Assembly: GCA_965235115.1 (NCBI GenBank)
Contig: OZ249436.1
Location: 64,728,001-64,792,000, forward strand
Direction of reading: 5' to 3'
DNA length: 64,000 nucleotides
From: Laetmonice hystrix
Taxonomy: Eukaryota
In this document: piece after piece, positions 13,006 to 25,219 of the stretch
Layout of the letters: each line of letters begins with the position of its first letter
Position numbering within the stretch: the first letter of the stretch is position 1
Notes under the pieces: generated by a model
Told to the model about the DNA's origin: nothing
Databases searched by the model: none
Seen by the model: only the letters and a program-made list of their open reading frames with translations
Program-made: the position numbers and the translations under genes

Positions 13006-13835
13006 TCGGGTGGATAAAAAAAACGCCCCGAACTTTAGACTTTAATATCGCAAAAACTATGCATTATAAGTCAATAAAATTTCTCTTAATATCACTTCAT
13101 GATATTATCTCTGGTATGTTAAAGTCTTAGCTCAATAGCTTTGATATTAATCCTGTGGCGCTAAAAACAAAAATCGGTGTCTAAAAACGCAATGCCGGAA
13201 TTAGGTCAAATATCATGCAGCTGCCAGGTGTCCAATTTGATACCTGTTTGATGCACCGCGTTGTACCTTGGGTAAAAAAAATTCAATATTTAGTTTTTGC
13301 ATGTTTTACAATATGTATAATGTTGGGGACCACTAGATATAATAAAATATGTGCTATTCCTAGTACTTTTAGAGAAAACAGATGTTTAATGTGCACCATT
13401 AGGACGATATGACTGTAACGAGAAGTTCAAGGGAAATCGTATCATTATCACGTTTAGCAACACATTCAGAACGTTGCGTATTTCCCAATGTTGGGAAGAT
13501 ATTTCCCTATCAGAGATCGGGGAGTGCATTGGCTCATGGAAAAAGAGACTGAGAACAGTATGGAGTGAAAACGGGGGACCGATTGACCACCTACTCTTGT
13601 GTGAGGCCAGGGACTCTTGGTGAGACTACAACTCGCTTTAGCCCGGCATTGCGTTTTTGTACAATGATTTTTGTTTTTAGCCCCACGGAAATATTATCCA
13701 AGCTATTGAGTTGTAACATAAACAACTAAGAGACAACATCATGAAGTGATATTAAGAAAAGATTCATTGAACTGCAATCATTACTTTTTGAAATATTGAA
13801 GTTTGAAGTTCGGGGCGTTTTTTTTATCCACCCGA
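13006..13835. mobile_element. Mariner-type non-autonomous foldback element (MITE) with ~200-bp TIRs and TA TSD
   Basis: TA|TCGGGTGGATAAAAAAAACGCCCCGAACTT ... AAGTTCGGGGCGTTTTTTTTATCCACCCGA|TA. Imperfect inverted similarity continues inward to AAAAACGCAATGCCGG / CCGGCATTGCGTTTTT. Confidence 0.85.
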
Positions 13836-15774
13836 TATAAGACTTAAATTTGTCTTGTGATAGGGCTTTGTGTCCGTGAGCAAGGCCTTCCCTGAAAACG
13901 CATCGTTCTGACATCCGGATATTATAGTGAGAACCCCAGCCCTCTCCCCTTTGTTTGTATTTGACGCCCCGCCGACAAGGCCCAAATCGAGAGACTTTGA
14001 ACAACGGATATTGTGAAGACGTACTCTTCCGGCCTTTCCATGTAGAGAACTCCATATGCATAGACCACGGCTCATCCGGAGTCAGAGAATCTCATTCCAA
14101 AACAATCACGTCGCACCGCTATGGCAGCCAACTCCTTTGCACAAAGACATAATTTGGAGAAAAAAAGAGCATACTCCTGAGAATCAGGCCAGGAACGATA
14201 GGCGGATTTATGTTCTGACGTGGTGTCCTCCAGGTATAATGTGGTGATAACGTGGGTGGACTGGAACTGCCGACAAGTAGTGAAACAAAACACCAACTAT
14301 ACAATGTGCTATGATGAATGCCACTGGTTCTAATCCTGACAGTCTACTTCGATTTTTCGCCGGACCCCATAACTTCTAAATCATCGAGGTGAGCTTCCTT
14401 CTTTTTGTTCTTGAATGTCCTGCGGCTCGTCTCCATCCATTGTTGACTTCTTCATGCTGGCATGAAAGAGCAGAATCGACCGGACCTGCCAACATGTTGT
14501 TTTATGCATACTCTATTCATCAACAACAATTCTATACACGCCATGGGGAGGTCTTGGATAGGACACGGCGTATTTTACAAAGTGATTGACGTCATATTTA
14601 TGACAGCGGCCATCCCTTCACGCCTCGGCTTCGCAAGCGGCAGAGAGATTCATATCGACCACGCATGTGTGGCGCATGTTTTGATCTTTCGAAAGGATTG
14701 CATGCAGTGTCATAAATGAAGGTTTTCATCGGTCATTTGGACAAAAATTCTTTGACTGACTCTGACATCTGACTCTGGTTATTAAAAAGACTTATCCGTC
14801 ACAAATTGTAATATGCCCCACTGCAGGGCTGATGAGAACTTTTTTTTCGAAATCGTGTTGCACGTGAAATTCATTCCTTGTCACCTCATATTGACAGGAA
14901 AATGTTGGATTTTGTGGTTTCCCTTATCAAGGAGAAGCATTCATTTCCTATATTACTTATATATTCCACCATAGAGTCGATATCAAAATAACCGTTTCAC
15001 AATGTTTGAATGGGAGGACTTTCGAAGAGGATTGAATAACTCTTTATTATTATTATTTCATGTATGATACGCATGGTGAATCATTTCGTTTCGAGATGAA
15101 AAGAAAACATGTCTTGGTGAGGTGGTCTACACATGCCATATCAAACTTGACGTTTTAATGCCATCTGCTATGATATGCATCACCGTCAGTGTGGCGGAGG
15201 GCGTGAACAATATATTGCCATTAGCATGTCAATGGCAAGCTGCGGAAGCACGGGCAATACAGCAAACACTGGTGAAAGCTGGGTGCGATGACGGTACGTC
15301 CAACAGTGAGAAAGCTGCACGTGCCGCAGGTATAGGACAGCAGACTGTGTCGCCGTAGTGCCTGGTCAACATAGTGTTTCTGACATTTCAATAAAAGGTA
15401 ACAATCGTGGGAGTCGCAGCGCGAGTTTGTATTGACGAGGTGGTGTTCGCCCCGTGAGGCAGGCACCCTGCCGACAGGGGTAGAAAAATGTATCGACAGG
15501 ACGCGTACCAGCTTCATTTGACATGGCAGGTTGCGTTTGTCACCGCCGGGAAAAAGTGCCACCTGGTCAGCGAAGCCGATATCAGTGCTAACTGTCTCCT
15601 GCAAGCTGGACGATTAGCCTTAGAACTCATCAATCAGAGAGTGAGCGAATAAGTGGGTTTACGCCATGGCACCACCTGTGGGGTATCTTTGAGGCGAGAA
15701 ACGCATCCGTTTTTAACTTGGACAGCCCCGATTAGTTATAGACGCTCAAGTGTTTTTGTTGTTATTGTTTTTAG

Positions 15775-15944
15775 TCCTAGGTATCGTGGAGTTGACACCT
15801 GATAATATTATTGCACCTGATGGTAATGATGATGGTGATGGAGATGGCAATGATGACAACACATACGAAAGCCTTTGGTCGTCCCATAAGACAAGCAGTG
15901 GAACCCTTTCCCCCGGCCTGTGTGAACCTACAGAATCAGCATAG
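15775..15944 (+). CDS. Candidate terminal coding exon (D/G/N-rich tail with NTYESL tyrosine motif)
   Basis: A long T-rich tract and AG acceptor precede an open frame VLGIVELTPDNIIAPDGNDDGDGDGNDDNTYESLWSSHK...PTESA* . No upstream exons were identified. Confidence 0.3.
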
Positions 15945-18793
15945 AATAACGTGTTCATGTCTAACATCATTTAAGCTTCATTGACATGCAATCAATTATA
16001 TTGTAGGGCAACCAATTGCACCGATACTCTCGAGAGTTCTCATAAATTGTCGTTTGCAATTTGTGGCTTCATGGACACCGGGAGAAGAAGAGGCCAGAGA
16101 AATGTCCGACTTCCACTAAATGAGTCTGCCAAGAAAATACAGGGGCCATGGGCACCCGAGCGCCCTCCCTCACATGTGCACATTCATTAAATCGAATTAC
16201 GATAAGTGGCTGTCTGTCAGTGTCTCTAGAGACAAATTACATTTATTGGCGTGTGTTTTTTAATTACGTTAAGTATATAGCCTCATTCAAACAAGGTTGG
16301 ATAGTTCGTGTCGCACGTGGTTGTACTAAGAGCCGTCGGATTCCAGGGTTATTTGCGGTTAAATACGCCTCCCTTGATCGTATTATCATGGAAGACATGA
16401 TCCTATAGGGTAGACCCATGTTGACCTCGGCACGAGCAGGTGCCCGGCGCTTTGTCCTAGAAGGTCAGGGGGTGGCAACCCCCAGCCTCACCCCCACCCT
16501 AAGCAAGGCTTAGGGATGATCCGGCGCTTCGTCGACCAATACACACGGTGACCCCAGCAGAAAGGCAGCCCCAAGGAAGGTCTGCCGCTAAAAGGCTATC
16601 GATCTCGAGAGGTCATGGAGTGAACAGCTTACCGCTGGTCGCAGGTCCAGCCGCAAGCGGGAGTGGCTTTTGCCCTTTGGGGGGGGGGGGGGTTCCTGCT
16701 CCTGAATTAAGATGAACATGTAATGGAAGCTTCTCAAGGACATCACAATTGCTCCTGTCTGATAAAATAATCAACGTTGAGCAATCTATCGCCTGAAGCT
16801 CACCGTGATTTCGGAGATATCTCCTTAATCTTAAGGAGCCTCCATATCTGATCAGGTCAATGCACCCCGGTTATCTCAATCCGCCTGATTCGGTCCAAGT
16901 TTTCTTGGACAGATGAAGAACAACTTCTCGGAGAGCAGAGTGAAACAATGCCATCTAAATTCCTTGGCCGTTGGTGGGATAAGGCCAGGTGGATTCCATC
17001 GATCTCTCGCTTTGAGATAGTAAGTCAATATTTGCTAAAAACCCAGCACAAGTTGGAAAGGGCCATAGTCTTCGGGAGAAAACGTATACACTCTCGTTGC
17101 TAGACGCTATTCTATCCGTCGTCCATCTTGCTCTGTAGTTACCCTTATGACAATTCGGAGCAGGGAAAGCGCTGCAAAGGTGAAGCGGTGACCCGGACAG
17201 AACCAGTCGTTGGTTTCGTCAGGTAAAAAACGAAAATGTTTCAGCACAGATGCATGGTGGCTTTATCTCCCTCAGTCCCATACTGGAGAAATTGGAAGGC
17301 GAAAGGTGTTTGGACGGTGAACAAGGGATAATTGGGTATGCCATTGGGACCTTATTCCAAAGCATTCCGGTCTCATTGTCTGGATAATGAATTCTGACAC
17401 CTGAATATGCCATCGGCTGAAAGTGACCATTTGGTGTGCAGTCGGCATTTTGTGACCCGGAAAGGGGCCATTTGGTGTGCAGTCGGCATTTTGGGACGCT
17501 AAAAGAGGCCAGCTGTTGATTTGCCATCATGATATTGGTAACACTGCCAGTGTAGCCACCTGATGTGCAATCACATTTAAACGATATATGTTGTGAAAGT
17601 GCCCATTTGGTGTGCATTCATGATATTAGTGATGTTGGAGGTGCCCATTTACTCAACAGTAAACGATCTCTCTATGCGATGTTTAGTCCGCAATGCATCA
17701 GGCTGAACGTACCAATTTGAAGTTTCAAGTTCTGTGTGTGCTCCCCCCGTTCATTATGCGTTGTGACGATATACCAAAGCACCACATTTGTTATTGAATC
17801 TCCTGCAGCTGCTACCGCGATACCAGTCTTTGTGTAATCATCCCTTTTCCTTCATCCCGTTTCTTTGTTCGATAGGTTCACAGCCAGACTGGGTAGATAT
17901 TTGTGAAAACTCATTCATCTCCTCAACGTAGTATACGTTTAAGAAGGATTCCATAACGGTTAGAAGCCAGGCATGGTAATGGAAGTCAGTATTAATTAAA
18001 AGCAACGCCAAAACGCATCCCCCCCCCACCTGACGACGGTACTCAGTTGTTCCAAATAGTGGCATGAAATGTCCTGAAACCAGCACGGTCTGGGTGGAAT
18101 AACATCCGACACACCCAGCGGTGCGCCAGCTCAGTTACCCTCTTGTGTAATAACGCTGTCGGTCCAATCAAATCCAGGCAAGATGACACATTAATCATCC
18201 GTTCAAAAACAGAATTCACTCTTAAAGGCTTGCTTCGCGCAATATAAACAAGGTTGCAGAAGTCTACCTCGCCCACGTGGAGGGATGACCCGGAAGTGTT
18301 TGAATGACAAAATGGCGGAGCCTGAGTACCAAAGTAGCTTTGAATATACTGAATCTGATTTTGCTGCACACGGCGATACTGAAAATTTAGTGAATATTGC
18401 ATGACGGGGAGAGATCGAGGCGATGTTATCATGTGATGATATATGCCCGAGGCGTAACCGAGCCTATAGGCTACACGGCAGAACATCGTCGAAAAGCCCC
18501 TCTGCGCTCAATTTGTCAGCATCGGCCTCAATGCGCGCCTAGATCTCTCAATGAACTGAAGAGCTCCCATGAGACTGTAGAGGTGCACAAACCAGTCGCC
18601 AGATGACACATTCCTACCAAATGCAATTAACTGGCTGTCCGACAAAAACGTCATGAGAACGTCTTCATAAGAAATTCAGTACGAGACGCTCTAAGGTGAG
18701 CAGTCATCCGTCATACCAGGTGCCTCCCTGTCACAGCAGTCATCACGTGGGGATCACAAGTTAACACGCACAAACGCCAGAACATTACGTCTG

Positions 18794-18875
18794 CATTTAT
18801 GTGTAATCAATTATGTGCCAAGGTTAATTATTGCCATTTATGTGTAATCAATTATGTGCCAAGGTTAATTATTGC
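18794..18875. repeat. 41-bp exact direct duplication
   Basis: CATTTATGTGTAATCAATTATGTGCCAAGGTTAATTATTGC x2. Confidence 0.85.
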
Positions 18876-19218
18876 CAGCTTAATTGTGGATTAAGATCAT
18901 TCGTCTGGCAACGGTTTCAAGAATACAACAAATGAAGACAATATCAGCAACATATCGGCATGTCTAGTCACGGAGTGACCCCTAAAAACCTCAAGCTATT
19001 AGCGCTTCGAATTCGATTAGAACAGGTGCGGATCCAGAGGGAGGCCCAGGCGACACCCTGGGCTCTAATATGGGAGACTTAACCAGTTCCATGGTGAAAC
19101 ACAATGACAATAGTCTCTACCCGTTTACTCAGTGTGCGTCGTCTAAGCAAGGCGGAGCGCCTCCTGGTGTGTGATTTATTGCACTACTCGTTAACATACT
19201 GTTATAACAGGTCGGTAC

Positions 19219-20965
19219 TTTTTTTTTTTTTTTCATTCCTTTATTTATACTGAGAAGTTTTCGGTACATATATGTGATACCGGTTTTCAAAACTGCCCAG
19301 TCCCAAAGAAATTACCATTAATCAACTTTACACGGTATAACTTCTTTTAAGTAGATGACGCTAATCAGGAAAACACGAAGAAAAAATTATTATGGTAAAA
19401 ATGAGATGGTAATGCAATGATAATATGTCTACAAGTAGGAGGTTTAATGCAAGGTCTTATCTGTATAAAAAGTGGTTTCATGCCAGTTTGTTCTTTAACC
19501 TCTCCTTTTGTCTACGTTTAAAACGTTCAATGGTTGTTATCTGCTTATCGATGGGATCTAAGTTGTTCCATAGGTATCCTCCTCTGAAACAAACGCTTTT
19601 GGTGAAAAGAGCATTTTTGGGATGCTGTACAATCAGAGTTTTATGATCATGAAGCCTGGTATGAATTTCTCTATTGTCAACATAGTCTGGGTCATTGCTT
19701 CGATGGAACATTAAGGTTAATAAGTGTGAATCTCTCCTGTCTTTTAAAAGATTGAGTTTGGCCTTTCGGTGGACATCTAGGGTACCTGTTATTTGAGGGA
19801 GTCTAAAGCACAGTTTAAGTCCTCTGTTTTGAATGCGTTGCAATTTGTCCAGTAGTTGCACGTTTGTACCACTATATAAGACATCACCATATTCGATATA
19901 CGGAAGGACCTTGGATTTATAAACCTGGAGACAAGCAAAGTCAGTGAGGTAAGGACGTAGTTTGTTTAAAAGATATAGTTTATGACTAGCTGATTTAATT
20001 ATATTTTTAGTGTGGGCCACGAAGGACAGCGATTTATCTAAGGTTACGCCCAGGTACTTGTACTCCTGTACTAAATCTAGTTTTGAGTCACCAATTTTTA
20101 ATTGAGGATCTTGAGTTCGTTTAAGTTTCTGTTGTGTGCCAAAGGTCATGACTTTGGTTTTCTTTGTATTAATGGTAAGACGATTCTCAGCACACCATTT
20201 GGTAATAGCGTTAAGGTCCTGTTGTAACTTGTGTTTAATACTATGGATATCAGGTCCTGACTGGTGAACAGCAGTATCGTCAGCATATAGATTGCTCTTT
20301 GAGTTTTTTATAGCTGCTGACAAGTCGTTTATATAACAAAGAAATAATAATGGTCCTAGGATGGAGCCCTGGGGCACTCCGCACGTGATAGGTAACGGGT
20401 CTGATGTTACATCATTGGCCACTGTACATTGTGTCCTTCCATATAGGTAGTTTTTGAACCATTGAATTGCATTGTCCTTTAAACCCAGGTGTTTCAATTT
20501 CAAGAGTAGAATATTGTGATTTATAGTATCGAACGCTTTTTTAAAATCTATAAATACTGCTACGGTTAACTCAGAATTATTCATTGCGGAGTAGATATCG
20601 TCAGTCAGTTTAGCTATTGTAGAAGTAGTGGAGAACCCTTTCCTAAAACCTGCTTGATTCTTATCTAGAATATTTTTAGCGGTAAGGTGTTCCATAAGCT
20701 GTGAATGTACGATTTTTTCTAGAAGTTTGCCAGGTAAAGGCAAAAGGGATATAGGTCTCAGGTTACCAACATCATCAGGGTTTCCGTCTTTTTGCAAGGG
20801 CACTACCTTCGCGATTTTCCATGCTTGAGGTACAACATTGGTTGTCAGAGATAGGTTAAGTAGAAAAGTTAGTTCAGTAATCAGTGCACTAAAGGCATCT
20901 TTTAATATTTGGGACGACAAGTTAGCGATAGCAGACGACTTGTTCGTATTGATATTTTGAACCAA
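19219..20965 (-). mobile_element. 5'-truncated non-LTR retrotransposon (L2/CR1 group LINE) with 3' UTR, AATAAA and poly(A) tail
   Basis: RT ORF 19478-20965. On the minus strand, AATAAA at 19240-19245 is followed by A15 at 19219-19233, and a stem-loop lies at 19262-19282. No endonuclease domain (truncated). Confidence 0.9.
19478..20965 (-). CDS. LINE ORF2 reverse transcriptase domain and C-terminus (495 codons, stop-free, no true start)
   Basis: Motifs LRPISLLPLPGKLLE, QAGFRKGFST, FIDFKKAFDT, GVPQGSILGPLLFLCYIND, LYADDT, YKYLGVTLD. Confidence 0.93.
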   Translation of the reverse strand: MVQNINTNKSSAIANLSSQILKDAFSALITELTFLLNLSLTTNVVPQAWKIAKVVPLQKDGNPDDVGNLRPISLLPLPGKLLEKIVHSQLMEHLTAKNILDKNQAGFRKGFSTTSTIAKLTDDIYSAMNNSELTVAVFIDFKKAFDTINHNILLLKLKHLGLKDNAIQWFKNYLYGRTQCTVANDVTSDPLPITCGVPQGSILGPLLFLCYINDLSAAIKNSKSNLYADDTAVHQSGPDIHSIKHKLQQDLNAITKWCAENRLTINTKKTKVMTFGTQQKLKRTQDPQLKIGDSKLDLVQEYKYLGVTLDKSLSFVAHTKNIIKSASHKLYLLNKLRPYLTDFACLQVYKSKVLPYIEYGDVLYSGTNVQLLDKLQRIQNRGLKLCFRLPQITGTLDVHRKAKLNLLKDRRDSHLLTLMFHRSNDPDYVDNREIHTRLHDHKTLIVQHPKNALFTKSVCFRGGYLWNNLDPIDKQITTIERFKRRQKERLKNKLA

Positions 20966-23900
20966 TCTTCAAAATTGTCACTGAATTGTCACTGACGGAT
21001 GACTGACCATCGTATACGATAACTCACCGCCTACGGCAGAGAGACCAATGGGGTGTTACTAGGACTTGGCAGGTGTAATTAATAAACATGGACGGCCGTT
21101 CCCCATCCATTAATATCCTATAAACCACAGAATAATGTAGCAGTCAGACGAGGTGACGATCCTTTCCTACTGAGTAAAAGGGGTTTCGTACACAGGGAGA
21201 AGACATGTTAAAAAATTAAATGAAGAAACAAAAAAAGACGGAAAGGGAAGGGCTTTTCCAGTTCTTTTTCCTACTCATGGAAAATACTGAATTTCCGCTT
21301 CTCTTTCACCAAACAAACAACCAAACAAACAAGCAGCGGATCCTACCATGGTCACACAGCTAGAAGAGTGTACAGATATGATTTGAAACTGAATTTCCAG
21401 TAGGTCGTGATCACCGCCGACCCCCCTATACATCAATATTTATTTATGGTTACCAAGGTGTCACACGGGTTTCCTCCGTAGAAGTAAACTGGAATTGTAC
21501 GTCATTTGTATAACACACAGGGTGTTCGTCCACCCGGAAACAACTCTAGCCTTAATTGACGACACGTCGGGGTCATCCCGACCGAAGGCATCCTGGCCAA
21601 GCTTCCTGTGCCAAGTACTTAAAATTATGATTGTAACTACGTTTGCAGCCACCTGCTTCTACGTTTGTGCACCGTCACATCCATCACGAGAAAATGGCCT
21701 CAAACACCCGTGGTCTTCTGGCACTCGACCTGAAGATCATGACCTCCTGATTGGACAGACCGACCATCCCTGGTCACCTACTCAGACGCCCCCTAGTGGG
21801 CATGATTACTAAACACCACTTCGTCACTTCCACGTGTGACGCGAGATCATTTCGCTTCGAAGTTCAAAAAACCGCCGTGAACAATGTGGAATACGTCAAC
21901 TGGAAATAACTTCTAGATGCTGATTACGTGTGGTTTTCTTTGGGAGGAAAATGAGTAGCTATCGCTAATTGTCATGTTAATTGTAAGCATTAGCCAAGTC
22001 AATAAGGCGCCAACGAAACGTTAAAATACCGAGCAGTGTCGGTTGAAAACAATCGGTGCCTGTTATTTGATTTGTCAACTGTTATCATATTTGTCAAATT
22101 CTTATCAATAGATCAACTGTATTCAGACCATATTCTCTTTGGTAAGAGACAATTCGAATAACTGTTGGTGGAAATGTGATGCATAAATAATGATTAAAGT
22201 CTGTCTATACCATCCGGTAACCCGGTTCTAGCTGTCTGTCGTCACTGACCCGGGGACACCGTGTCGCTATATCTCGTATATGGGTCAAACAACTTTCAAC
22301 AACCAATCATCTGTCTTCTTTCATACACTGCAAACGTGCCTGCTTAGCGATCTTGAGTTGTCAAGGAGCATCGCGCATCGTGGGAATCACTGGAAGCGGT
22401 GAGCATGGGAGGATACTCGCAGAGTGTAGCATTCGGGACTTCCTCGGGCATATAACGTCACTTCCTGCTATTCGAATATACCCTCGGGTGGAATAGCGGC
22501 CATGTTTGGCAACCAGATACACGGCCAAATGGAGGTGTGTAGCGAGGCACTGAGTGAACCGTCATATCCCATCGAGCCAAGAAGTAGTGTATTATTGATA
22601 CCTGCTCCTTCGGCGTTGTATGTGCAAATATAAATTTCTGGTATGAAGGGGAACGTTTGAAGAAGAAAAATGAATCACCCAATTTACCTAAATGGGCGTC
22701 AATACGGTAATTTATCAAATTCTGGGAAGCAATATGGCCGCGCCCATGTACGACACTGGCCCGACACATGGTAGGACTACTTGTAATCATGTTGTAATTT
22801 AAGTTGTATCATGGCATGATACTATTGTAATATTGCCCACTGACTTCGGGGAAAGCATTGTAGGCCTATTTTAGTTGCTTCCAGTTGCTGATGCAGACAA
22901 AATACTGCAAGCACTGCCATGCTGTCGAGAGTCCCGGCTAAATCTACCCGCGATGCAATGCTCAAAATGGCACCTATTTCACCCGAGGCTACTTTCGAAG
23001 ATATGGCCGAGGATCCCCGAATGAGAGTGTAGTGGGACCGCGATTTGCTTTGATTTAAGATCTGGCCGAAGAGCGCTTGTAAGAACTCTCCTGATTGGTC
23101 GCAAGGTTGTCGGTGATTGGTTAAATCTCCTGAGCTAAAATGCGAGTTTTGCTCCTGGTTATGCCAGGGCGTATACGTAAGCACGCAAAGCACGCAAACG
23201 TTACGCACTGGTCACAGGATGGTCTATACAAAAGTTTACCTCCCAGAGGGACGTGTTCTGCTCCCAGAGGAAGATGTTCTGGCCTCAGTGAAATGACATA
23301 TTGCATTGGGGGGGGGGGGGGGGGGGCAGTATGTGGGGCTTCACAGCATTTCGACAGGTCCTAAAAATGCATTCTCTGGCGACAACTATAGTATTTATCT
23401 AGGTACTAATCCCGTATTTCTGACTTTGTAGGAGATCTGACATGATTATTAGTACGAGCATGATTTTTATCCAGGATTTTAAAGGGCCTGTGAAAGAAAC
23501 TGTCGCCTAGGTAGTCGCCCTTCGAAGGTCTTAGGGACCCCAGATTTGGGGCCCCTGCAACCCTGACTCCGACTTTGTGGTCTGCAGCTCGAACCGCCTT
23601 TAGGCTACACCCCAATTTTCTCCAACCATCCCACAAGTGATTCAACAAGCGATGCGTTATACGGGGCACAATAATTTGGGTCTGCGTTCAGCTTATTTTC
23701 TTAAAGGCCGAGGTGGACACGTGCCCTCCCCATGGATCCGCGCCTGCATACCGGAACCCCACTATCCCACCCAACATTCCGGTCGAACCTCGATCCGATG
23801 TCTGACAAGCTTATGTTGGGCCAGCACAGGATGTTCTTGTGAAGATTCCACGTGGAAATGAACACCACATGGATTCCCTGCCCTCCTGTCCGACCTGTGC

Positions 23901-24550
23901 TACCACCACCTTCCAGTCCCTATAACCGGAAGTCAGCCTCGATCTGAATCGGATCAGTGGAACGCTAATGACATGTTGCAGCTGTCAACGACGGACGTTA
24001 GTCGATCGCTACCGGTATGGGCTGAAGGGCACGGAAGCGTCCGTATACAAGCTTAAGTTTGCGTAGGACGCAGGCATAATGTTCTTAACATGACACAACA
24101 ATACCATAATCAGATCTGCCTCCATGACCAAATGTCAGGATTACGTCAATTCAAGTGCGTCACCAGTATTACAAGGCATAGAAGTGAATGAGAAATAAAG
24201 AAAAAAATCAACACACTTGAAGGGCCACTTTCCTCTGGTCAGCAGAATTTGAAAATGTGCGGGTATGATTGGCTTGAGTACATTTAGGTAAAGGTTATTC
24301 AACGGGTCCGAGGGGTGGTCGCAGTTGATAACTGATTCGAGCGACAGCGACAGGAATATCTGCGATATATGCCCCCATGGGGTCTATTGTACACTTACGC
24401 TAATGGCAGCACCTTCGCATAATATAGTATGACGTATCCTAATCTTTGTCTGCTACAGCCAACCATAATACTCATGGACCTTGACGTTAATACTATAATT
24501 TGGCCGAGAGCAAGCAAGTGTGAAAGGAATGCAGGTCTGCCGGAATGGAC

Positions 24551-24729
24551 GTCCGCTGGACCTGAATTCTCTGGTTATGCAAGTCCTAGGTCGTCAACTT
24601 CGTGATATAAGAACATATAATTAAGAAAATACAATTAATGGATTAGGGTTAAGGTTAGCATTTGGGATAGCATTATGAGAAAATACAACATCGCGGACTT
24701 CAAATCCTAGGAATACAGGTCCGCCGGAC
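24551..24729. mobile_element. Small degenerate foldback element with central GGTTAG-like core
   Basis: GTCCGCTGGACCTGAATTC (24551) vs GAATACAGGTCCGCCGGAC (24711-24729) are inverted with about 16/19 identity. The centre reads GATTAGGGTTAAGGTTAG. Confidence 0.45.
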
Positions 24730-25219
24730 TTATACTTCAGGGATAGCAGACCTATCTACTTGGTGGGTACGGCCCTTTGTGCACACTCCTGTTGACTTAT
24801 ACTTCAGGGATAGCAGACCTATCTACTTGGTGGGTATGGCGCTTTGTGCACACTCCTGTTGACTTATACTTCAGGGATAGCAGGCCCATCTACTTGGTGG
24901 GTACGGCCCTTTGTACACACTCCTGTTGACTTATACTTCAGGGATAGCAGGCCCATCTACTTGGTGGGTACGGCCCTTTGTGCACACTCCTGTTGACTTA
25001 TACTTCAGGGATAGCAGGCCCATCTACTTGGTGGGTATGGCCCTTTGTGCACACTCCTGTTGACTTATACTTCAGAGATAGCAGGCCCATCTACTTGGTG
25101 GGTATGACCCTTTGTACACACTCCTGTTGACTTATACTTCAGGGACAGCAGGCCCATCTACTTGGTGGGTATGGCCCTTTGTGCACACTCCTGTTGACTT
25201 ATACTTCAGGGATAGCAGA
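24727..25219. repeat. 67-bp minisatellite, 7 full copies plus a partial copy
   Basis: GACTTATACTTCAGGGATAGCAGGCCCATCTACTTGGTGGGTAYGGCCCTTTGTGCACACTCCTGTT repeated with period 67. Confidence 0.97.

Noticed and set aside
14810-14865. Hammerhead ribozyme (CTGATGAG..TTCGAAA)
   Set aside because: Stem II is only 3 bp, stem III cannot form and the cleavage triplet would be AUG.
15400-15604. RTE-like RT motif DIGFADQVALF on the minus strand
   Set aside because: Only the short core resembles FADD; no flanking RT motifs are present in the expected order.
16400-17160. Decayed coding or LINE fragment (minus frame with two stops; a WPDQI-like motif in another frame)
   Set aside because: Different frames suggest different origins and none is convincing without a search.
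18290-18400. Promoter (CCGGAAGT ETS and AAAATGGCG YY1 motifs) with a short ORF
   Set aside because: These are two short motifs only, and the ORF closes after 30 codons. There is no supporting gene structure.
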